Shown piece after piece: positions 44,607 to 58,160 of a DNA stretch of 64,000 nt. The notes under the pieces were generated by a model, which ran no database searches, had not been told where the DNA came from, and saw only the letters and a list, made by a program, of their open reading frames with translations. The stretch is from Blasia pusilla (lineage: Eukaryota): positions 8,618,001 to 8,682,000 of the forward strand of contig CM114271.1 in assembly GCA_050084515.1 (NCBI GenBank), in the 5' to 3' direction. How positions within the stretch are numbered: the first letter of the stretch is position 1; the number at the start of each line of letters is the position of its first letter. The translations under genes and the position numbers were made by a program.

Positions 44607-45430
44607 CACTAGAAGAAATCCTTGGTTATATGACTAGGTTTTATTACTAATATGAGTCATATATTACATCCCATGACTAACAACTACTTTAGACACAAAA
44701 GCCAAGTCACATTTGCTCAAGGACTAGGCTAACTAAGGTGGTATGCTTAGATGGACATAAGTACATAACTAGAGGGAGTAGTCATAAGGCCATGACTTAC
44801 CATGACTAACGACTACTTTAGACACAAAAGCCAAGTCATATTTGCTCGAGGACTAGGCTTACTAAGGTGGTATGCTTAGGTGGACATTGGTACATGACTA
44901 GAGGGAGTACATGACTAGGCCATGATTGATATGTCATGCTACTGACATGGAAGTAGGACACGTCACTACATGACATGGAATAATTTGTGTGATATGTCAT
45001 AGATGACATGGACTGGGGAAACAAACAACCATTTTAGTCATATGTGTATCATCCTAGTCATTTTAAATGACTACTTGAGTCATATTATGTGGGACAATTA
45101 AGTGAAGTGGCGAACAAGGACCAATGAAATTATAACAATTGTATTTGAAATTTGAATGAATCAAATTGTGCAAATATTCATGACTCTATGAGTCATTACA
45201 TTTTCGGATTCGATCAAAGACAAAAACTCATGTAGTTATAGAAATGTATCATATGACTAGGCTCGATTCGTGTAGTTGAGACATACGACTCGACGAGTCA
45301 TGATGCACGACTTGACCAATCATGAGCTTGACTAATAGAGTTAGGCAAATGTGACTAAAAGAGTTTTTGGGAAGGTTGTGGTCTTTACATTAGAACTAAT
45401 TGAGTCATATTCATGTGACTCAATAAGTAA
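44607..45430. mobile_element. Terminus of a second CACTA element (TIR, subterminal repeats, ~130-bp tandem duplication 44671-44908)
   Basis: CACTAGAAGAAA followed by ATGACTAG/CTAGTCAT arrays; the other end was not found. Confidence 0.8.
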
Positions 45431-46324
45431 TGGAGGATAGCTTTGCTAGTAATATCAATGACTACAATAAAGTAGGCGCTTTTAATTTTGGCCATTTTGA
45501 TGCAATTTGTAATCCAAGTTTGTTTGATGGATACTATGTTCAAGAATTAGAAGCTTTGTGTTGAATTCCAATTTTGAAATGTAACAATCAACTTTTACTT
45601 TTCCATTTTTATTATGTTGGAAATAGCACACAATGCTACTAGGCTTACTAGTGGCACAACTGCATCAAACAACAAAGCCCTAGTTTTGGATAGAATCTTA
45701 TCAAAGATATTTCAAAATGACATGCTACAAAGAGCCTTACATGAAAAATAAACTACCCAGCACCTTGAAAGAAAACTTCTGATCCTCAAGAAATGTATTG
45801 CCCCTCACTAGGGAGGAGTTATCATAAAATATAGAGTAAACCCCAAATGCACGGGATTGAACCGCAATAAGAGAATTAAGCAATTGGATGATATCATATA
45901 AGACAATAATATAAAATTTGGAAGTTTTTTTTATAGTGTTGTTTCAACTAGATATAGGGAAGTCTTATGCATATTGAAATCATCCACACAAACAAAAATT
46001 GTGGATAATCTACCTCATGACTTCATCTAAAGATTGATGGAACCTGATGAAACTTCTTGTAGTGTTGAGAAGCAAGCCTAAGATATCAATGCGCCAACAG
46101 CTAGTGGTAAATCATGAATATACACTCTGGAAATCCACTTGGATTTTGTTGGATCGTGCGTGAGTTTCAAGAATGTGTGGATGTAGGTGGACAAGAAGTC
46201 AAGTCTGGAATTGATTGTATGGTCCGTCTTTAACTCTAAATACATCTCTGCAACATGCGTGCTCCTTTAGAACCTTTCTATTGTGGTAAGAAGCTAATCA
46301 TATGCAAGAGTGTGGCGAAAGTAC

Positions 46325-46805
46325 CACTTCATAATTGTATGCGATGAAAGGAATGCCAAGTATTGTAATAGGAGTCCACACGCCGCCAATTCCATCAAAC
46401 AAGTTGAGAACCTCCAAAGGTCTAGCATTCCATTCACTAGCATTTCATCTCAAAACTTGTATCCATTCTTCACTTCCACTTAGGGCACTCCTGAAGAAAA
46501 AATGTAAAATAGACATAAACAAAACATGACATTCTCATAAAGATGCATAATGGCTTGGAAGGCAGGGTTGCAACATCATCGAGGCTACATGTGTGCTGTA
46601 ATCTAGACTATTTGGAATTCACTAGCAAAGCAACGTACAATAAGACTACACAACCTCCGTGACCTCACAGAAAAATGTCTCCATATTGCAAAAGTAAAAC
46701 TGGAAATTACTTACTAGAAGAATAAAATTTGAAACATGAGAGGACATTAATGACATACCTCTTGAGTGCATGAAACTTGAGATCATGAGTGCACTTGTTT
46801 TGTAG
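46325..46805 (-). pseudogene. DNMT3: Host-type DNMT3 methyltransferase gene fragment (exons 46805-46759 and 46490-46325)
   Basis: GT-AG splicing gives in-frame ...HALKRSALSGSEEWIQVLR*NASEWNARPLEVLNLFDGIGGVWTPITILGIPFIAYNYEV, i.e. DNMT3-type motifs I-II. Later catalytic exons were not seen. Confidence 0.72.
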
Positions 46806-49800
46806 CTAAATTCAATATAACAACATTACTTTCAAGATGATAGATTTTACTGATCAACCTATTAATTTCCTCCCACACTAGGAAAAATAAGATAAAGAGA
46901 GTCGTCCTAAATATTCACATCCAAGGAATGTGATATCAGGATCATAGATATAGAGGGCAGCGTGACTCATTAGCACCCGTCATTGCCTCTACCGGAGCTT
47001 ACTAGGCCTCAGAAAAATCCAGGAGGACGCGCAAGAAGAGACATTATCGGAAGAGGACAAACTCTTCATCAGAGGAGTCTGAGTCTTCGTCTGACTCCTC
47101 ACATATCTTGTCAGGAAGCACTAGCAGTGAAGACTCAGAGTCTGAGGAAGACTCTAAGGGCAAAAAGAAGAAGAAATCAAGATGCCTTAGACACTCTTCG
47201 TCCTTGGGAAAAGGACGTAGGGATCAGAGCATCGCAAGTTGATGAGTCCTGCTCGTAAGACAGAGAAGGATGGGGAAAAGTTGGCCATCAGTGAGTTGAA
47301 AAAACAAATGGCCGATTTAAAAGTACATTTGGCGGCTCAAAAAGACCCCTAAGGTCTTATGTGGCCTAATATATGATGTACTGCTTGTGGGACTCAGGGG
47401 CATATAGTGCCAGAGTGCCCACTGAAACAAGATTTACGTTGGATGGAAGAAGAATCCTCAAAGGAGGAGGGGTGGTATGAAGCCGACCAGTAGGAAGGAT
47501 GTTATGCGGTTCAATTAGTTCTTGAGGCTAGTACTTCTTGCAGCTCAATCTCGAGATACGTGCCGCCAAAATTTGGAGAGCAAAGGCCTATACGACAAAT
47601 CATTGGACCCGCAGCGTTCACCCCACCAATTAAGAGGAATTATTGTTAAAATTACGGGGCAATCGATAATTGGGCAAACAATGGTCTTAACCCAAAATGA
47701 CCCGTGGGTTTGAATCCCCTATGTGGAAATTGTAAGAAGGGAGGACATACTGTAGTAGAATGTCCATAGCCTCAAGTTCCCTGGTTCTTTATCAAATATG
47801 TCACCACCCCACCGTCCCCCACCGAAGCCAATAATGATGTTAATGTGCAGCTAGTACGTGTGGAAGATATTACCTCACCCAGGAAGGCAAGGAAGGTGAC
47901 AATTGTAGAAGAAGGCCCAAAAATGAAGATTGAAGAAGAGTCCTCCGATTGGCCCGAAGACGTTCTCAACAAGGTCTTCACAATGAATATCAGGTCCAAG
48001 TCTAAGAAGAAGACTGTGAGGATGAAGACCCCAGAGTCTTCATCTTCGCAAAGTGTTTCGTCTACAAAGAAAGCGAGTGAGACATTTTGAGCATGGAAAG
48101 CTGTTCTAAAAGGCAAGGAGGACCCGACTGTTGATTGCAATCATCCGAAGTACTTCTACCCAAAAGTTGAGAAGCATGTCCGTAATCAAGTTCACAAAGA
48201 ACAAGCAAGTGGAGTCTTCGCACATGGCGTCTAACCCCATCACAAAGAAGGAAAAGTAGAGACCACTGTCGCTTCACCCTTGGTGATGGAAGCTTACGAC
48301 TTATTGAAATATTTGGCTACCAGTCCGGCAAAGATATCTTTATTGCAATTATTCATGGATAACCCCATTTATGGGAAAATACTCCACCAGTGGAAGGTTG
48401 GACGTAAGAAGGAGCGTGCAAAGAAGCTCCCGAGGTTGAAGACCTGGGTGCCCTGGAAGTGGAAGTAGAGATTGAAGGATAGACCATCAAAAAGGTCCCT
48501 ATAGATTCTGGAAGCAGGATCAACATCATGACAGAGCAAACTACTCAAGCCTTGGGTTACACTAAATATGAACCTACAGATAAATACTTACGCTTTCTTG
48601 ACCAGTCTTGCAAGCGACCTTTGGGGCAACTCACTCAAATCCCCAACATGATAGGGGGAGTGTTATTTCTCTTGGACTATCTTGTCCTTCAGCCTTTGAC
48701 AGTCACCGGTTACCCCCTGCTTATTGGGAGACTGTGGCTCTATGGAGCTCAGGATAACACGGATTGGAAGAGACAAAGATTAACTTTCCAAGCACCGTAC
48801 AGTACCCCAAAGAAGTTGGTGAAATTATCATGGAAATCTCGGCCTTCTCAAGGAGAGACACCGACCACAGATGAGGGGTATACCTCATATCAAGACCAGA
48901 CAGTTGACACAGAGTCCTCGTCCTATGTGTGCTACTTGGAGTGTTATGAGATAGATAAAGAGTACCTACAACTAGAACAAAGTAAGTCCTTTCTAGGAGA
49001 GGAGCCATCTGGGCTCACTACATATCAGTTCACATAGAAGATGGTGCAGGAGAAAGACTACGAAGAAATCCTTATCACTGACACTAAGGCTTTGCGTCTA
49101 TCCACAGATTTTTCTGCGTCTGAACTTTCACAATATAAAACTTTGCTTTCGAAGTACCTTGTTGTGTTTGCCCACACCATGCATGAGATGAGAGGAGTGC
49201 GAGCCAAGTATGGAGAACATAGAATTGATTTGAAACCTGACGCACTTCTTGTGCAAATAGGTGAGTATAGGTTAAACCCAAAGTACTCTTTAATGGTCAA
49301 AGACGAAATTGATGAGAGGTTGGAAGCTGGAGTCATCTATCCGGTGCTCAATAGTGAATGGGTATCCCCCATAGTCATTGTTCCGAAGAAGAAGACATGG
49401 AAGATCCGAGTATGTCAAGATTCTAGGAAGCTTCATGTGGCCACCCTTAAGGATCACCACCCCTTGCCCTTTACGGACACTATTTTAGATAAGGTGGTCG
49501 GCCATGAAGGCTATACCTTCTTGGACGGGTATTCTCGTTACAATCAAGTATCTATCAGAGAGAGGGACCGAGCCCTGACTACCTTCACCACGGATTGGGG
49601 TACTTTTGCCTATCGAGTGATGCCTTTTGGGTTGTGTAATGCCCTGGCCACTTTCCAAAGAAAGATGATTGCTATCTTCCAAGACTATTTACGAAGATTC
49701 GTAGAGATCTTCCTATATGACGTTTATGTCTTCAACTCGGCCAAAGATCATTTGTAGAAGTTAGAGCTAACCCTGGCTCGGTGCCGAGAAGTGCAGCTAT

Positions 49801-52030
49801 CGTTGCATCCAGAGAAGTCTTACATTGCCATGGAACAAGGTATCCTATTAGGGCATCAAGTGTTGTCACGCGGTATTGATGTAGGTACGATGAAGGTGGA
49901 GATAATTTTGGAGTTAGAAGCTCCCACAAATCTTTGTGAGCTAAGGGGATTCCTGGGGCATGTGGGGTATTACCGCCGGTTCATCAAGGATTATGCGCTA
50001 AAGGCGAAGCCTCTAACAAACCTGCTGAAGAAGACCGAGGAATGGGAGTGGTTGCCAGCATGTCAGAGGGCATTTGAGGAGTTGAAGCATGCACTAACAA
50101 CAACTCATGTGTTCCAAGTGTATGTTGACACCTCGTTGTTTGCAATTTTTGTAGTGCTAAGTCAACTAGATGAGAAGAAGAAGGATTACCCTATCTATTA
50201 TGCAGCGTGACAACTTTCAGTCGTAGAGCAGAAGTACACTACTATGGAGAGGGAATCCTTGGGCATGGTCTTTTCTCGCAAGAAGTTTCGGCATTACTTG
50301 TTGGGATACCCTTTTTGTTTTTCATGTCGACCATTTTGCGCTTCGTGCCGTGGTGGTCGAAGCAGATTTGTCCGACAGGATTGCCAAGTGGATTCTCTTG
50401 TTACAAGATTTTATATTTGATGTGGTGAAAAGAGCAAGAAGGATCCACACCAATGCGGACTTTCTGTCACGCTTAAGGACGCCAAAGAGCGATCTCACAA
50501 AGACCCTTGAAGACGACTTTCCAGACAAAAAATTGTTCTTGATCAGCGAGGAGGACCTGCAAAGATCTTCATATGAAGACATTCTATGATTTCTAATCAC
50601 TCTTGCTTTTCCAACTCCTATGACAGTAACAGAACGGGCAGTATTCTTGCATAAGGTAGGGCCTTATGAGATCTGCCGTGATGTGTTATTCAAGCTTGGT
50701 GCGGATGGAGAATATAGAAGGTGCTTGGAGAAGGAGGAAGTTTTGCAGGTGATTGCTGCTATGCATTTGGAGTATTCCAGAGGGCATTATGCAGTCAGGA
50801 ATACTGTCAAAAAAATCTAGGCCGCATGCTACTGGTGGCCCACAATGTATCGGGATGTCAAATCCTTCATCCAAAAGTGTGATGCTTGTCAAAGAGCAGG
50901 AAGGCCGACAGTGACTTCTGGTTGGCCTTTGGTGCCTATTCTTCCCCTGGCCCCTTTTGAGAAGTGGGGTATCAATTTTGTGGGTCCTATCTCACCCGCC
51001 ACCCGATAGACACGCCGGAAGTATGTTTTAATCGTTACGGATTATTACACCAAAATGGTGGAAACATTTGCGATGCGAAAGGATGACATTGAGGTAGTGG
51101 ACAAGTTTTTATATGAAATGATTATTACTAGATATGGTTGTCCTCTGGAATTTTTGAGCAACCAGGGAACTCATTTTCTCAACCAGATGGTCAAAGCTTT
51201 GACCGACCACTTCCTAATCAAGCTCCGCAAGACAACCCCGTACAACCCCAAGGCCAATGGATTAACAGAGAAGTCCAATGGGTTGATTTGTAGGATCTTG
51301 AATCGATTGACAGTCACCTATGCATATGATTGGGATACCAAGATTCCTGCTGCACTACGAGCCTATCGCACAATGCATAAAGTAACCACCAAGTACACAC
51401 CATTCTATTTGACATATGGAATTCAACCCCTTGCTCCAATCAAATGGGATGTGCCCACCTACCAAATTATGGAAGAAGAAAGAAACGAAGAAGAGTCGGC
51501 GATCACTGGAAGGAGGAACAAGGACTTGGTTGCAGTGGAGGACGCATGACATCTTGCTCTAGGTCATATGAAGACCGTTTAGCTCCAAAGAAAGGAGCTG
51601 CATGACAAAAACTTGAGATAACAGTCAATACAAAGAGGGGATTTGGTCTTGCTCTATGACAATCGACGCCTTAAATTTCTACGGAAGCTAAAGTTAAATT
51701 GGATGGGACCTCACCAGGTCCTCGAGGTATTTGAAAATGGATCTTTAAAATTAAGAACATCAAGCAGAGAAGCACTACCAACAAGAGTGAATGGCATGCA
51801 TGTGCAAAGATACCACGCACCTGACTACAGGTTGAGGGAGGGGGTAACGAAGAAATCAGGACCAGGGAAGGTCCGACCCCCCAAGAATTGTGAAGAGTCA
51901 TAAGCAACCCAGGATAGGAGTCTTCATCTCCGGTCGTGTTTGCTGGGTCTTCGCAGTCTTGGTCTTTGCACTACCTAAAAAAAAACAACCAAAAACTCGT
52001 AACGAGGAGCACGACCGTTACGTAAAATTG

Positions 52031-52118
52031 GCGATAATGTGAAAGGAGCGACAACGCGCTCTCAGTCCAGCTCCTGAAGTCCTGGACTGAGAGCGCGTTG
52101 TCACTCATTTCACATCGC
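52031..52118. repeat. Long hairpin between pol and the extra ORF of A2
   Basis: Perfect 21-bp stem 52050-52070 / 52082-52102 with an 11-nt loop and an imperfect extension. Confidence 0.9.
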
Positions 52119-52215
52119 AAGAAGCCTGAGTAACCTCAAGAGCCGACCAAAGAAAACTTTGCACCGGTATCACAAGAATCGTAGGAAGCAGGCCAGTTTG
52201 TGTAGAGAGGGAGAC

Positions 52216-53340
52216 ATGGTGCTCATGAAATGCGGAGTGTATCCAGCACTAAGGATTCTAAAGGAATTGCATGAGGCCCTGAAGGAGTGGTCGTTGTGGC
52301 AGTTCTTTGGGGCAGATTTTTCTCCATCGTCGGTGGCGTTACTCACGGAGCTCCATTCAAGTTCCAAGGTGGTCGATTTGGGGAAGAAGGGTTACAAGTA
52401 TCAAGCGTAGCGGGCTTCGTAGTGTGCTGACTTGTGGCGCATCACGTATGAGCTTCCCGCGGCTCCAGAGCAAGAATTGGACTACGACGCTCTTGTCCAA
52501 CAAGAAGAATTGGAAGAGTTTGGTTGCGTTATAGAGGATCGATTAGGAAGGAACGGCTACAAGCCGCAAATGTTGAGTCCTCCCTTGTTTGCACAATTTT
52601 GTAGGGTTTACTCGATGTGTTTCAATCCTGGTAGAACATATTATATGAGTAACAAGCTCGTCAAACAATGTTACACTCTTTGGAACATGCATCTGCACCC
52701 CAAAGAACAAGGAGTGGATTTTTCAGCTCTTGTCCATGCCCATGTATTTAGTTTGATAACCGCTTTGACACTTGGGGAGAAGTCATATCTCTCTCCTTTC
52801 TTAATCTGGATGTATTCACAGGTCGGGGAGGTTACCACCGACGAGTCTTTTGAGTGGATCTCAGCTACTCCAATTTGAAGACCGCAACCTACCAAAGTGT
52901 CTACTTTAGGTACAAAGGAGGAAGCAACTATAACCCCATTGGCCATACCACAAAGTGTTCAGAGGACCAAGAAGAGGCCGATGGAAGGATCTTCATCCCG
53001 GCCACCCTCATAAACGCATGAGGTACCAAGACCTAAGACGGTTCGGATGGAGATCCAGAATTGGAAGAGGCAGCCGAGATACCAGCGGCTAAAGCAATAA
53101 AACCGCCGGTTGTTCCTGCCGGTTTGCAAGACAATTTGGTTGTGCAGCCTGTGCACACCATCTTACGACAATCTGACTTCATTTTTGGAAGTTGCGGAGC
53201 CAATTCTTGAAGAACTGAAGAAGATGGGAAATTTGTCCGACCATGTGGTGGCACAAAAATACATAGGACTTCTCAGGAACCTGCATCGTGTCCAGCTGCA
53301 GCAAACGGTCAACGAGTCAATGGAGCGCCATAATCGGAAA
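52216..53340 (+). pseudogene. Extra ORF downstream of pol in family A (env-like position)
   Basis: The start MVLMKCGVY matches MALMKCGVY at 29-1 (minus) in A1; ORF pieces 52159, 52432 and 53110. Confidence 0.7.
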
Positions 53341-54244
53341 AATCTTTGGGAGATCATGTAAAGATGAGCCATTGCTCTCCTCCATGTGTTCCCTGAAAAT
53401 GTAAGTTCAAAGACCTATAAGAGACATAAAAAAACATACCCAAAAGACCATATGCAAGTGATGGGTCTTGGTGGATACCTAAAATATTGCATTTGCATCA
53501 GTTTCATGTGGTGTTTTCTTTACATCTTTGAGAGCTAAAAGAGTGTATTTGAAAGATGACTCAAATAATGATGTATGAACTTGAACTTGAACTTGAATTC
53601 TCAATCTAAATATGGAGAGCTAGGTGGAAATCTTGAGGGCATAAATTCTATGTGTGATTCCTGGATGCTAAGAGATTCAAAAGACGGAATCGTATAATAA
53701 GCTGATCTAAACATGGACTTAAAACTCTACTTGTAGTGAGCTATAATTCCTAGGATTGTAGCATAATTCTTAAGATACCACCTTGATTCCCTTGACCTCC
53801 GCCAGCAAATCATAATAGCACACATGGGGACTATGGTTGCAAGGCTACAATAGACGCTAATTTTGAGTACAAACATTTTTGTGCAGGACACACGCATTTG
53901 TCACCCGCACTTCTACACCACCAACTCTTAACCCGACTGTATTTCTCTATTTCTGGACCAACCCTATATGCATTCAAGTTCTGTTGTAGTTGACACGGAG
54001 AGAGATGGTGATACTACATGTCACATGCTCATACCACATGTCATGTTTTCGTCTAACAAAAATTGTAAGTTCAGAAAATATCCAAGCAGAGAAGCTAGAG
54101 TTATGAGTTTACCTTCTGAAATACTTTACATTGAAGATACAATAACCAAAGACCTTACATGGGGTGATCGTCAGGAATGTGACATTTCATGATAAAAGTT
54201 GGACACATCAATAGCAAATTGTATCTGGCCATGTGCATACCATC
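53335..54244 (-). pseudogene. Three phase-compatible exons of an unidentified host gene (54244-54113, 53478-53440, 53392-~53335)
   Basis: Canonical AG/GT sites, all phase 1; reads GWYAHGQIQFAIDVSNFY...SISEGIHQDPSLAYGLLGNTWRRAMAHLYM with two stops. Confidence 0.5.
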
Positions 54245-54290
54245 CTGGCTAGTAACCACATCACACTTTAAACATGAGAAAACGTGGTAC

Positions 54291-54776
54291 CTGCGTTTAA
54301 ACCATAGAGTGTACAATGGACCGGGGATGGATGACTATAACGATGTCATCATATACCGCACCAAAGAGGTAATGAGCTTCTATCACCTCCAACCCCTGTA
54401 TAAAACATCATCAATTGGGATTTAGCAGTGAGGAAAACAGACACGAAGGAGAGGAAAAAAATCCTGAGATCTGGATAAAGACTCCAAATTTTAGCTAAGT
54501 CCTTGTGGAGAATTCACTACATGATAACCTTCCACAACCTTCAAAAGTTCCACAACACGGGTAATTTGACACTCAACAAAGGCATCGGATACTTGACCCT
54601 ACAACCGACATTAAACCTAGAAGACAAGAGCAGTCTCTGGTCCATTATTACCTTGTTCATCAGTGTTACTGAATCAACTGTGATTTTTCTAACCATGCTC
54701 TCTACCCATGCTCCAGTTTGGATGCTTCAAGGCATCGGCTACCTTTACTTCTTTCAGCTTCTCAACAGGACAATCC
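54291..54776 (-). pseudogene. DXR: 1-deoxy-D-xylulose-5-phosphate reductoisomerase gene fragment (exons 54776-54652 and 54395-54291)
   Basis: [36 protein letters not shown] | [34 protein letters not shown] with a GT-AG intron; a 13-nt duplication and a stop inactivate it. Confidence 0.9.
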
Positions 54777-57507
54777 CTGTAGAATAAAGCACGTATCATT
54801 TCTTAATGCTACGATCACAAGTTAGATCAACCAGCATGATCAGGATCATGAAAGTCCCAAAAATTCAGTTACACTGATTAGTGGGAATTTCCTCATTTGA
54901 ATGCTTCCCCCATATGCGGTGAGTGCTCTCCTACTACTTGCCGTTCCTAGTTAAGCACGTGCAAGATGGAAGGTAACCCTTGCAAGTCGCTCCACGTGAC
55001 CTCCAGAGGATCTCAAGTTCTTGCCTTCAAGGTTCCATAAAATAGCTTTGCAATCAACACAACCTATGGGAATGTTTTCCACAATGGATGAGACGCTTTG
55101 TGTGCCCCTTAAGCATAACTGTCTTCTTCACAGCGGGTACTTCCCATAGCTTTGTGTTGTCAAAGTAGTTGAGGCATAGGGAGAGATAGTATCAAGGCCT
55201 TAGAATGGTCTTGTGCTTTCCTCTTTTGAGAGGTCATATGTGACCTGCTCTTAGGAGGTGACCTACGTGTGTAGGTCACCCTTCCCTTTATGAGGAGTGG
55301 CAACCTTGGAGAGGTTGACCTTCCCAGCCATGTATGGCTCCACTTGGACCTATAGGGTCATGGGTTAGTTGGTAGTTGGTCTCATGAGGGGACCATATGT
55401 ATAGTTGTTAGGGAGCTAGTATGGGTGTACTACAGGTTGGTAGTGACTTGCTAGGAGGGAGATGACTTGTGTGTACATGTCACCCATGGAGGTGCCAAGG
55501 GGGTATACTTCGGATGAGTGTCATTTGGAGCTCATCTCCTTAGGATTGCTGACCCTTGTTGGGATCCGTGATACACTACGACGTGCATGCATTGAGCTTG
55601 GATTCTCTCTTGAAGAGTGGGCTAGGAGTGATCAATAAGGAGATCACCCATTTTTTGGAATCCTTGTGCATACTTTCTCTTGCTGTCACACCAGTGCGTA
55701 TCACAATCATGAGTATGGTTGTTTGGATGAAGTACGGTTGATTGCAGATTTCATTCGAGTTTACAATTCGTATTCAACTTTATATGCTAAGGAGATGCAC
55801 ACTGGTTCTGAATAGAAGAGGAAGTGGAACTCAATTTGTGGTGTAGAGCACAATTGTGGTGTTGTGGGGTTTGCAAGAATTGCAAGCTAGTGTATCTTGA
55901 CCATGCAAAAGGACATGGGGCAGAAGAAATGTTGAAATCAAAGCGAGGTTTTCAAAATTGAGAAATTTGTGCAATGCGATAAATGTGACAAGATTTGAAG
56001 AGGGGGAGGCTTCTCAATCCTGATGGAGTTGCTCAAGAGTAGAGCAATTGAGGATTAGATTGTAAGAACAAAGTTCTTGAGATAATTCTGGATTTTATGA
56101 TATCTAAATTTGCCATTGGAAAGCTCATGAAAAACTGAGTCCAACTGTGAAAACATTACCAAAAATGGAGCTCATTTGAGGAAGATTCCAAAAAGATTCT
56201 CCATAATCATGTAGATTCCCTGAGATGAGCGGATCACATGTGTAGAAAGGGTAGGAGAGCAACGCTGGACCTATTGTACGAGGCATCAGAACTTAAAATG
56301 TGATAGCCCTTGTTTGGAAAGTGAAGAGGAGGAGAACTTTTCATTCAATCGGAACTGAAGTTCCGATTTCCCTTGTGAACGTGGTTCAGGAAAGGCAAGG
56401 AAGAAGCTACTATGTAGCTTTCCCTTGGTGAGAGGCTGAGAAAGGTTTGGGTGTCGCTAGTATGGAGGAACTAGTGCCACTAGTTTGGAGCCGTTACTAG
56501 AGCATAGCTAGAAAGTGCTAGCCACAAAGTTGGTGGAGTTGAGGGAGACATGAGAACTTAAGTTCTGATTTATGAGATCCCTCCCAAGAGACAGTTCGGA
56601 GCAGAGTGGCGAAATGGGAATCGGAACTGAAGTTTTGATTTAGCAACAAGGGTCGGGTCACCTAAAGGGCGCAGCAAGGGTGACAAGGGGGGTTGGTATT
56701 CTGGCAAGAGAGAGGAAGAGAGGAGAGGAAGAGAGGAAGAGAGGAGAGTCTCTCTTAAAAAGGGCCAAATCTGCCTCCTCTCTTCAAATTTTTTTGACAT
56801 ATTTGAAATTTTTGTTTGCTTTCAAATTCATGAAATCTTTAGAAGAGGGTAGGTAGTGGTCTACGTTCAAGCCTAAAGAAACCTCCTTTTTGCAGGGGGC
56901 GAAAAACTAGTAGACATCATAAGAACACTACAAACATTTTCCCATCACTCTCCATGTGAGCCTAAGTTTTTTCACATTGTCTGTCTCAGTCTACAGTAAG
57001 ATGTGCCCAGGGCTATTTTTTTTGGAGGACCATTGGCAAATAATGTGACCACAAGTAGCAATCTCATCTCAATGAAAGGTTCAAATAAAGACCAACTTTG
57101 TGAAATGTGAACACAGGAAATGATAATTGCACCAAAAGATTGTTAGCTTTATGGAGTAAAGAGGAACTGATGTCCCTCATTCAGATCCTAAATATGAGAA
57201 ACCGAGAAGCTACACCCCTCCCAATCCATTGGAATTTTACAAGTTGCAACTCTTGCAACCCGTCGGAATCAGGTGGCTTGCACCCCTTGCAAGCAAGCTC
57301 ACCATAACAAAGGAAAGATTTTGAGAAGTGATTCCATTCCACCCTGAACCCACGAAGATCCAACTGGTTAGGAATCCGAAATGGCAATCCGACAGGCTTT
57401 AGGAATCCAGCACGTCTTAGAGAAGAAAAGAATCCTACGATTGGTTTGACAATACAAGGGGAACGAGCCAAAAGTGAAGAAGCCCGCCATAATGCCTCAG
57501 AAGTTGG

Positions 57508-57687
57508 TATGATACCCATAATTTTGTACTTTTGAAGAAATATATCTTTTTATTCAACGGAGACTCTTGTACTCTATGATTTTGATTATTATTTATTATT
57601 ATGAGGAGGAATGAGTAAGATTAAAGTGAATCAAGAAGCTCCAAGGACAAGGCAGAGAGATAGAAAATAAAGGATTTGCCTAAGAGG
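57508..57687 (+). repeat. 5' fragment of family C LTR
   Basis: Near-identical to 11089-11265. Confidence 0.9.
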
Positions 57688-58160
57688 TGTGGTAAGAGGA
57701 GAGGAACAGAGGAAGAGAGGAAGAGAGGAGAGAGGAAACTACCTTCAACCGAAATAGATACTTTTTTTCAAAGAGAGTTTCCGTTGGGTTGAAGAGAAGA
57801 AAATTTTTGTGTGATTTTTTTTGCATTTTTTTGCTCAGTTATTAAGTAGTCCCACAAATTTTTTCCCTCTTCCATATTTTGGCAATCCATCTGAGTCCGA
57901 CCGGTCGCAAATTGCACAAAATTTAGAAAACTGAAAAATCAGTGGAATCATAAGTGTGGAACCAATCACTTTTTCCATCCAAGGTCTGGAAAAAATCTAT
58001 CATTTGCGTGGGCTGAATAGAGTTTAAGCTCAAAGTGAAGGTTCTGGAAAAATGAAAGTACAATCTAAAACCTCATTTTGCATCCTCAAAGTGGTTTGTT
58101 TAAAATACTCCGCACTTCTTTGAGAGACAGAATTGGTTGGTGGATTCCTACTCCTATCTC

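Larger units (their letters stand above)
46950..53340 (+). mobile_element. Family A copy A2, internal region without LTRs (partial gag, pol 48280-51830, extra 3' ORF)
   Basis: Collinear homologue of A1 with PR, RT, RH and INT motifs; many stops. Confidence 0.92.

Noticed and set aside
55085-55575. Possible short solo LTR
   Set aside because: The composition is LTR-like, but no second copy, clear termini or TSD were found.
56700-57740. GA-rich motifs at ~56705 and ~57693 as element termini
   Set aside because: They are low-complexity direct matches with no TIR or TSD established.
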